Positions 1 to 6,465 of a stretch of 31,721 bases of DNA are shown in pieces; positions within the stretch are counted from its first letter, which is position 1, and every line of letters begins with the position of its first letter. A program made the position numbers and the translations under genes. Source of the DNA: a virus (Duplodnaviria > Caudoviricetes); IMG/VR virus record IMGVR_UViG_3300020416_000036, positions 1 to 31,721 of that record; one strand, given 5' to 3'. Below the pieces are notes generated by a model that ran no database searches, was not told where the DNA came from, and saw nothing but the letters and a program-made list of their open reading frames with translations.

Positions 1-2
1 GG

Positions 3-1547
3 GTAAACCCTAACGCACTGTCATCTTCAGGACATGCGCTATTCACAAATTTATTCGCTGGTGGTGCTTATGCGACCGGTCAAGCTGCTATACTTATATG
101 GAATTCCAAAATAAGATTATATTTATCACACAGCGGCACATCTAATACTTACGTTTATGATTCTGCAATTGATGTTCCAACGGGATTATGGAGCAATATA
201 GTTGTAAATATTGATGTAAGTGCAGGAACCTCATCAATTATTACAGCCTACCTTAATGGTGTATCAAATAATTTAACTTACTTAGCATCTACTAATGTAG
301 GACCAAATGAAAATAACAATACTGTATTTGGTAAATTTCAAGGAATTAGTTTTTACGATGGAAGCATCGATCAAGTTAGAATTTATTCTAGTGCTCTTAC
401 AGCTTCACAAGTAAGTCAGCTTTATAACGAAACAACAGCTACTGCCAACACTTTAGATTTTCCCACAGGCGCTGGATGTGTAGCGGCATATCCTTTAGAT
501 TCAAACGGTGATGATTTGAGCGGTAATTTTAATGCATCTTCTATACCTAATGTAACTTTTTCTAATTCTATAACTTTCAGACCTGATTGGTCGTGGGTCA
601 AAAACAGACAAGTTAGTGCATCACACGCTCTATTTGATTCAGTAAGAGGGGCTATGAGAATTGTTTCAACGGAATCCCTAAGCACACAATCCGATTTAAG
701 CCCTTACGGGGTAACTAGTTTTAATAATTATGGTATAACTGTTAAAGATATAACATCAGGTAATTATGGAGTTAATGGAGCTGCTGGAGGTACATATTCA
801 GGTACGCCTCCTAATTATGTCTCGTGGAATTGGAAGCTAAATAAAAGAGGTACTATTTTAACAAATGCCACAAGTTTAGCTGTAGATGTCGTTGCTAATG
901 TAAATGATGCTGCTGGGTTAAGCGTGGTAAAAGGAACTTTAAATGTAGGATCAGGTGTAACAAAAATACCGCATGGCTTATCTGCCGCTCCTGAGTTTGT
1001 GGTAGCAAAGTCGACTGGACCTGGTTCATCAGAGACTTCTGGTTGGCAAGTATATCACTCTTCGCAAGGCGCAGGTAATTATGCCACTATTAATAGTACA
1101 GATGCTTTTAGTCCAAATGCTAATGTATGGGCAAATACAACTCCAGATGCTGAATTAGTAAGCGTTCAAGGGGGTTATGTATTATATGGAGGAGCAGATT
1201 TTATTATGTACTCATGGAGAAGTATCTCAGGTTACAGTAAAGTTGGTTCTTATGCAGGAAATGGAGGAACTAAAGATATTTATACAACAGATGATGGCTC
1301 TTCGGGGGGAAATAATCCTTTCCAACCAAAATGGGTATTGATTAAAAATATATCTAGCGGATATAGTTGGGTTGTCACAGACGCAGCGAGAGGAACTAAT
1401 AAGGTACTATACACTAATTTAGCACAAGGAGAAGACACAGTATCAAATGGAATTACTGCATTTAATTCAAATGGCTTTAGTTTAGGAAGTGCTGTAAGTT
1501 TTAATGACGGGAGTAGCACTTATGTATATTTAGCAATAGGCGGATAA
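3..1547 (+). CDS. Tail fibre/virion appendage protein with LamG (concanavalin A-like) domain and C-terminal threefold beta-repeat domain; 5'-truncated
   Basis: Frame 3 is open from base 3 to TAA at 1545-1547, so the track start at 516 (TTG) is internal. My translation of 3-515 shows LamG hallmarks: VNP, GLWSNIVV, AYLNG, FYDGSIDQVRIYSSALTASQVSQLYNE. The C-terminal part has three related repeats (FRPDWSWVKNR / AAPEFVVAKS / FQPKWVLIKN) and GYSKVGSYAGNG, typical of marine phage fibre proteins. Confidence 0.8.
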   Translation, partial: VNPNALSSSGHALFTNLFAGGAYATGQAAILIWNSKIRLYLSHSGTSNTYVYDSAIDVPTGLWSNIVVNIDVSAGTSSIITAYLNGVSNNLTYLASTNVGPNENNNTVFGKFQGISFYDGSIDQVRIYSSALTASQVSQLYNETTATANTLDFPTGAGCVAAYPLDSNGDDLSGNFNASSIPNVTFSNSITFRPDWSWVKNRQVSASHALFDSVRGAMRIVSTESLSTQSDLSPYGVTSFNNYGITVKDITSGNYGVNGAAGGTYSGTPPNYVSWNWKLNKRGTILTNATSLAVDVVANVNDAAGLSVVKGTLNVGSGVTKIPHGLSAAPEFVVAKSTGPGSSETSGWQVYHSSQGAGNYATINSTDAFSPNANVWANTTPDAELVSVQGGYVLYGGADFIMYSWRSISGYSKVGSYAGNGGTKDIYTTDDGSSGGNNPFQPKWVLIKNISSGYSWVVTDAARGTNKVLYTNLAQGEDTVSNGITAFNSNGFSLGSAVSFNDGSSTYVYLAIGG

Positions 1548-1555
1548 AATGAATA

Positions 1556-1576
1556 TTAATTAAATTTAATCTTATG
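1556..1576 (+). promoter_or_regulatory. Pentamer-periodic leader (TTAAT TAAAT TTAAT CTTAT G) running into the start codon
   Basis: Read directly. The same pattern precedes the starts at 3179, 8957, 11689 and 22545. Confidence 0.55.
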
Positions 1577-1873
1577 AACACAACAATAATTATTTTAATC
1601 GGATTAGTATCATTACTAATTATTATAAACATAGCCTCAATATGGCTAACTAAAAAAGGTCTGACCAAAGACGAGAACAACAACATGATACCTGACATTT
1701 TAGAAGAAAAGTTTGCTGTAATGCAGGCAGATGTTTCAAGACGTGTTGGTCGTGTGGGTGAAGAGCTCAAAGATGTAGCTAAAGCAATCAAAGAGGTAGG
1801 TAATCAAATAGGAGATGTACCAAGCGCTATGAAAGGCAAAAACCGATCTGGCAAAAAAGCAAAGAAAAAATGA
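1574..1873 (+). CDS. Membrane-anchored protein of the lysis cluster (N-terminal TM helix, coiled coil, basic tail)
   Basis: Hydrophobic IIILIGLVSLLIIINIASIWL, then DENNNMIPD, a helical segment and a Lys-rich end. It lies just upstream of the holin and endolysin genes. Confidence 0.65.
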   Translation: MNTTIIILIGLVSLLIIINIASIWLTKKGLTKDENNNMIPDILEEKFAVMQADVSRRVGRVGEELKDVAKAIKEVGNQIGDVPSAMKGKNRSGKKAKKK

Positions 1874-1944
1874 AATATACCACAACAACAACTGCGGGAG
1901 ATATAAAAATAAAATATATATATACTAAAAATGTCACTAACTGA
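1870..1944 (+). CDS. Possible 24-aa micro-ORF (MKYTTTTTAGDIKIKYIYTKNVTN)
   Basis: Not in the ORF track. Its ATG overlaps the upstream stop (ATGA at 1870-1873) and its end overlaps the next start at 1931, filling the gap. Confidence 0.3.
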   Translation: MKYTTTTTAGDIKIKYIYTKNVTN

Positions 1945-2086
1945 TTTGAAAATATATGCTTTGAACTTTGTTGCGTTGATGACATCTCTGACGAATATCG
2001 ATGTTGTTCTTAAAATAATCTTGTCTCTTGTTGCAATAGGATATACTTTACACAAATGGTATATAATGCATGGAAAAAATAAGTGA
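1931..2086 (+). CDS. Small holin-like membrane protein (51 aa)
   Basis: Not in the ORF track. Translates to MSLTDLKIYALNFVALMTSLTNIDVVLKIILSLVAIGYTLHKWYIMHGKNK: hydrophobic segments, basic C-terminus, A-rich leader, and overlap with the endolysin start. Confidence 0.7.
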   Translation: MSLTDLKIYALNFVALMTSLTNIDVVLKIILSLVAIGYTLHKWYIMHGKNK

Positions 2087-2531
2087 GCACGTATCGTACA
2101 AAGAAGGTGTAAAGTCAAACACCGCTTCCAGACTAGGAATAGACAACACTCCAAGTGCTTACGAACTCTCCAATATGGGAATATTATGTGATCACATATT
2201 TGAGCCATTAAGAAAATGGGTTGGTGGACCTATAAAAATAAATAGTTTTTTTAGATGTGAAGATTTGAACCGAGCTATCGGGGGAAGTTCTAGCTCACAG
2301 CATTGCCAAGGCAGAGCAATAGATATAGATGATACCTTTGGTCATAAAACAAATGCAGAAATGTTTCATTACATAAAAAACAATTTAAGTTTCGACCAAA
2401 TAATATGGGAGTTTGGAGATGATAACAATCCCGATTGGGTTCATGTAAGCTTTATCTCAGAAAGCGATAATAGAGGTAGAGCTATGAAAGCTGTTAAAGA
2501 AAGCGGTAAAACTTCTTATCAACTAATATGA
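2070..2531 (+). CDS. Endolysin, peptidase M15 family (Zn D-Ala-D-Ala carboxypeptidase-like)
   Basis: M15 motifs SFFRCEDLNRAIGG, SQHCQGRAIDI (H and D zinc ligands) and WVHVS (third ligand). Flanked by membrane-protein genes. Confidence 0.9.
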   Translation: MEKISEHVSYKEGVKSNTASRLGIDNTPSAYELSNMGILCDHIFEPLRKWVGGPIKINSFFRCEDLNRAIGGSSSSQHCQGRAIDIDDTFGHKTNAEMFHYIKNNLSFDQIIWEFGDDNNPDWVHVSFISESDNRGRAMKAVKESGKTSYQLI

Positions 2532-3025
2532 GCAAACCAAAGAAAAAATTTGGACAAACAACTGTAGGAAGGCTATTAAAAGCTTCAGTCGGCTTAATAA
2601 ACCCAACTCTAGGTAGTCTAATCCAAGGAGATATGTCAGTAGAACAAGTCGTATCTTCTATAAAAAACTCTGATGCGCCTGCTGAAGACAAAATACGTGC
2701 ACAAGAAATGGTGCTTGAAGCTTACGAAGCTGAAGTTGCAGATAGAGCTTCTGCTAGACAAAGAGAAATGGCAGCTTTAGCCGCAGGATCAAATGATATA
2801 TTATTTAAAACAGTTGGATGGGGAATAACAATATGTTTTGTGGGTGTTGTAGCGGGAGCAATAGGACTTTGGGAGATACCTAAAGAATCACAAAGATTAT
2901 TTGATATGGGATTTGGTGCGGTAGTAGCAGCATTTACCCAAGTTATTGGATACTATTTTGGTTCATCGGCGGGCAGTAAACAAAAAACTAATATATTAAA
3001 TAATGGCGAAAGCAATCAATTATAG
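2528..3025 (+). CDS. Holin-like protein with two C-terminal TM helices
   Basis: ADRASARQRE helix, TM segments VGWGITICFVGVVAGAIGLW and MGFGAVVAAFTQVIGYYFGSS. YYFGSS is typical of phage 3TM/GTA-type holins. It directly follows the endolysin. Confidence 0.7.
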   Translation: MSKPKKKFGQTTVGRLLKASVGLINPTLGSLIQGDMSVEQVVSSIKNSDAPAEDKIRAQEMVLEAYEAEVADRASARQREMAALAAGSNDILFKTVGWGITICFVGVVAGAIGLWEIPKESQRLFDMGFGAVVAAFTQVIGYYFGSSAGSKQKTNILNNGESNQL

Positions 3026-3140
3026 TTCGTATCAAACGAAATCCAAAGTACGTAGACCAGGAGTACACGCAAAAACAAAAACATCTTTCTTAAAATCTTC
3101 AAAAAATTATCGCAAGTCCTACAGGGGACAAGGGCGTTAA
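3003..3140 (+). CDS. Small highly basic protein (45 aa) ending in YRGQGR
   Basis: Not in the ORF track. Translates to MAKAINYSSYQTKSKVRRPGVHAKTKTSFLKSSKNYRKSYRGQGR, fills the 3025-3140 gap and has no acidic residues. Confidence 0.7.
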   Translation: MAKAINYSSYQTKSKVRRPGVHAKTKTSFLKSSKNYRKSYRGQGR

Positions 3141-3148
3141 ATTATTTG

Positions 3149-3156
3149 TATCTTTA
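3149..3156 (+). promoter_or_regulatory. Variant Bacteroidota -7 promoter box (TATCTTTA)
   Basis: One mismatch to TAnnTTTG. Intergenic, 22 nt before the ATG at 3179, in the same GTATCTT context as other copies. Confidence 0.4.
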
Positions 3157-3160
3157 TATT

Positions 3161-3181
3161 TAAATTAAATTTAATCTAATG
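3161..3181 (+). promoter_or_regulatory. Pentamer-periodic leader (TAAAT TAAAT TTAAT CTAAT G)
   Basis: 3165-3181 (TTAAATTTAATCTAATG) is identical to 11675-11691. Confidence 0.6.
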
Positions 3182-3403
3182 GACATCCGAAAGATTTCTG
3201 TAGGACCAGATTATAAATCTGGCGCTATGCATTACATTGTAGGACAAGAAATATTAAACGGAAAATACTTTATTCATTTAATTCAATATGTTTCTGAAAC
3301 TCAATCAATTAAAATATGGATTCAGCGTAAAGATGAAATATTGTTATGGAAAGAATTTAATTCACACGTTCCTGTATCTATTGAATATAATATAAATTTT
3401 TAA
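3179..3403 (+). CDS. Hypothetical phage protein (74 aa)
   Basis: ATG with the conserved leader. The stop overlaps the next start (TAATG). Beta-rich composition. Confidence 0.75.
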   Translation: MDIRKISVGPDYKSGAMHYIVGQEILNGKYFIHLIQYVSETQSIKIWIQRKDEILLWKEFNSHVPVSIEYNINF

Positions 3404-3966
3404 TGAGATCCCCATTTTATTTTATTGTTAAGCCTATGTTTGGAAAAAGATATAATAATACTAAATCCATTGCCGGACTAGATTTTATTACTAGTTCATC
3501 GGAAGAAGATTATAAGTATTCAAACAGATATGCTATAGTAAAAGAGCTCCCCCTTAACTATAAAGGAGATATAAGAATATCTGATATGCTTTTAGTTCAC
3601 CATAATGTTTTCAAATACTATAATGATATGAGAGGTAGGCAACAAAGTGGTAAAAGTTATTTTAAAGATGATTTGTTTTTTATAGACAACGATCAGTTCT
3701 ACATGTATAAACAAAACGGCAAATGGTATAGTCATGACCGTTATTGTTTTATAAAGCCTTTAAAAACAAAAAAATCGTTTATATTCAAAAGAGGACAAGA
3801 AGAACCTTTAATGGGAGAAATGAAATATCCGAACAAGTATTTAATTTCTCAAGGAGTTCAAAAAGGACAACACGTAAGCTTTAAGCCGGAAAGTGAATAT
3901 GAGTTTGAAGTAGATAAAGAGAAACTCTACAGAATGTATGATCATCAAATAACATTAATGTTATGA
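3403..3966 (+). CDS. GroES/Cpn10-like co-chaperonin, apparently two tandem GroES-like domains
   Basis: The C-terminal half DRYCFIKPL...EEPLMGEMKY...GVQKGQHVSFKPESEYEFEVDKEKLYRMYDHQI parallels GroES DRVLVKR...EKPQEGEVVA...VKVGDKVLF..YAGTEVKIDGEEYLILRESDI. The N-terminal half repeats the pattern (FYFIVKP...RYAIVKELP...IRISDMLLVHHN). Confidence 0.6.
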   Translation: MRSPFYFIVKPMFGKRYNNTKSIAGLDFITSSSEEDYKYSNRYAIVKELPLNYKGDIRISDMLLVHHNVFKYYNDMRGRQQSGKSYFKDDLFFIDNDQFYMYKQNGKWYSHDRYCFIKPLKTKKSFIFKRGQEEPLMGEMKYPNKYLISQGVQKGQHVSFKPESEYEFEVDKEKLYRMYDHQITLML

Positions 3967-4241
3967 GTTCTGAATTATTAAAAGTACAAATTATAGAGGC
4001 TGGGAGAAAAGCCGTAGAGCAACTTATCAAAGTGGCCAAAGAAAATATTATTAAGCCTGATCCCGAGGATGAATTAGCTGCAGACAGATTAAAGAACGCA
4101 GCGGCTACTAAAAAGTTAGCAATTTTTGATGCATTTGAAATATTAAATAAAATAGATGCAGAACAAGAAAATATAAACATGTCTGTTAATAATCAAAAGA
4201 CAGATACAAAACAAGGTTTTGCAGAACGAAGATCAAAATAA
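3963..4241 (+). CDS. Putative terminase small subunit
   Basis: 92-aa helical protein immediately upstream of, and overlapping, TerL. The call is positional. Confidence 0.5.
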   Translation: MSSELLKVQIIEAGRKAVEQLIKVAKENIIKPDPEDELAADRLKNAAATKKLAIFDAFEILNKIDAEQENINMSVNNQKTDTKQGFAERRSK

Positions 4242-6465
4242 AATATATAGCAGTGTTATAAATTATATACCTAGTGCTATTAAAAAGCGTAAGAACAAAG
4301 CACGCACTTGGTTTTATGGTTATAATGAAAAGTATAATATAGTAGTTATTTCAAAATCTGGAAAGATAGGTGAGGTGGTAGAGATAAACGGGCTACATAT
4401 AGCTCTTCCACCTATTGAAGCTCCGATATATAAAAGGTCAGAGATTAAATCAAATCAATATTGGGAACGTAAGCCTTTATCTAGAGAACTTTCTAGAATA
4501 TCTTCTATATTTCAATGGAATGAAATGCCTGCTGCATTTAAAAATAAATGGGTAGATTATATAGAGGGAGAGTTTGATAGACGGGAGTTAGGATATACTT
4601 TTTATAATAACGGAAAGCCAACTTATATTACAGGAGCTCATTATATGTATTTGCAATGGACTACAATAGATGTAGGGTATCCTGATTTTAGAGAAGCTAA
4701 TAGAATCTTTTTTATTTATTGGGAGGCTTGTAAAGCAGACAACAGATGTTTCGGTTTAGATTATTTGAAAATCAGAAGATCTGGATTTTCTTTTATGGGT
4801 TCTTCAGAGTGCGTAAATACCGGGACTTTAGCTAAAGACTCTAGAGTAGGGATTCTGTCTAAAACTGGATCAGACGCTAAAAAAATGTTTACAGATAAAG
4901 TTGTGCCTATTGCAAATAGGTTACCATTTTTTTTCAAACCGATACAAGATGGTATGGATAAGCCAAAAACAGAATTAGCTTTTAGAATCCCTGCTTCTAA
5001 AATCACTAAGAAAAACATGTACGATGTAGCCGATGATGAGTTGTATGGATTAGACACTACAATAGATTGGAAGAATACAGATGAAAACTCTTATGACGGT
5101 GAAAAGCTTTTGCTCTTAGTACATGATGAAAGTGGTAAATGGTTAAAGCCAAACAACATATTGAATAATTGGAGAGTTACCAAAACGTGTTTAAGACTAG
5201 GTAGCAAGATTATTGGTAAATGTATGATGGGATCTACATCTAATGCATTAGGCAAAGGAGGGGCTAACTTTAAAAAACTATTTGAAGATTCAAATATAGC
5301 CAATCGAAACTCGAATGGGCAAACTAAAAGCGGGATGTATTCGTTGTTTATTCCTATGGAATGGAATATGGAAGGGTTTATTGATAGGTACGGAATGCCT
5401 GTTTTTTATAAACCAGAAAAACCAGTAATGGGGGTGGACGGTGAAATGATAACAAATGGGGCCATAGACTACTGGCAAGCAGAAGTGGACTCTTTAAAAA
5501 AAGATCCTGATGCTTTGAATGAATACTACCGTCAGTTTCCTAGAAGTGTATCTCATGCATTTAGGGATGAAAGTAAATCTTCTCTTTTTAATTTAAGTAA
5601 AATATATCAACAGATCGACTACAATGACTCACTAATAATGGGTCAGCACGTTACTACCGGAAGATTTTATTGGAAAGACGGAGTGAAAGATACTGAGGTT
5701 ATATTTAGCCCAGACCCCAAAGGAAGGTTTAAAGTTTCTTGGACACCCAACAAATCATTAACAAATAAAAAACAAAACCGAAACGGAACTTATTACCCTG
5801 TTAATGAACATATAGGGGCTTTTGGATGTGACTCCTATGATATTTCAGGAACAGTAGGAGGAAGAGGTTCTAACGGTGCATTGCATGGATTAACTAAATT
5901 TAGTATGGAGCAAGCTCCTAGTAATGAGTTTTTTTTAGAGTACGTTGCTCGCCCTCAGACTGCTGAAATATTTTTTGAAGAAGTTTTAATGGCGTGCGTA
6001 TTTTACAGTATGCCTATTTTAGTGGAGAATAACAAGCCGAGACTTTTGTACCATTTTAAAAATAGGGGATATAGAGGATTTAGCATGAACAGACCAGACA
6101 GACACTTTAATAAACTATCTAAGGCTGAAAAAGAATTAGGAGGAATACCTAATACATCTGAAGATGTGAAACAATCACATGCCGCAGCTATAGAATCCTA
6201 TATCGAAAAGTATGTAGGATTAGACCTTGATGGAACATATAGGGACCCGAATGCTATGGGGACTATGTATTTTATGAGGACACTAGAAGAATGGTCTAGA
6301 TTTGATATTAACAACAGAACTCAGTTTGACGCTAGTATTAGTTCGGGTTTAGCGGTAATGGCTAATCAGAAAAACCTCTATTTGCCTGAACAAAAACAAA
6401 CCAAAATAAATATTAACTTTGCAAGATATGCTAATAGTGGAATTTACAGCGAATTAATTAAATAG
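4219..6465 (+). CDS. terL: Terminase large subunit
   Basis: Walker A-type LKIRRSGFS, Walker B LLLVHDESGKW, coupling motif MGST, RNase H-like nuclease residues FGCDSYD / VENN / FDASISSGLA. Directly precedes the portal. The start codon (TTG) is uncertain. Confidence 0.93.
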   Translation: MQNEDQNKIYSSVINYIPSAIKKRKNKARTWFYGYNEKYNIVVISKSGKIGEVVEINGLHIALPPIEAPIYKRSEIKSNQYWERKPLSRELSRISSIFQWNEMPAAFKNKWVDYIEGEFDRRELGYTFYNNGKPTYITGAHYMYLQWTTIDVGYPDFREANRIFFIYWEACKADNRCFGLDYLKIRRSGFSFMGSSECVNTGTLAKDSRVGILSKTGSDAKKMFTDKVVPIANRLPFFFKPIQDGMDKPKTELAFRIPASKITKKNMYDVADDELYGLDTTIDWKNTDENSYDGEKLLLLVHDESGKWLKPNNILNNWRVTKTCLRLGSKIIGKCMMGSTSNALGKGGANFKKLFEDSNIANRNSNGQTKSGMYSLFIPMEWNMEGFIDRYGMPVFYKPEKPVMGVDGEMITNGAIDYWQAEVDSLKKDPDALNEYYRQFPRSVSHAFRDESKSSLFNLSKIYQQIDYNDSLIMGQHVTTGRFYWKDGVKDTEVIFSPDPKGRFKVSWTPNKSLTNKKQNRNGTYYPVNEHIGAFGCDSYDISGTVGGRGSNGALHGLTKFSMEQAPSNEFFLEYVARPQTAEIFFEEVLMACVFYSMPILVENNKPRLLYHFKNRGYRGFSMNRPDRHFNKLSKAEKELGGIPNTSEDVKQSHAAAIESYIEKYVGLDLDGTYRDPNAMGTMYFMRTLEEWSRFDINNRTQFDASISSGLAVMANQKNLYLPEQKQTKININFARYANSGIYSELIK

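Noticed and set aside
516-1547. 343-aa ORF starting at TTG 516
   Set aside because: The frame is open back to base 3 and encodes a LamG domain there, so the real start is upstream of the window.
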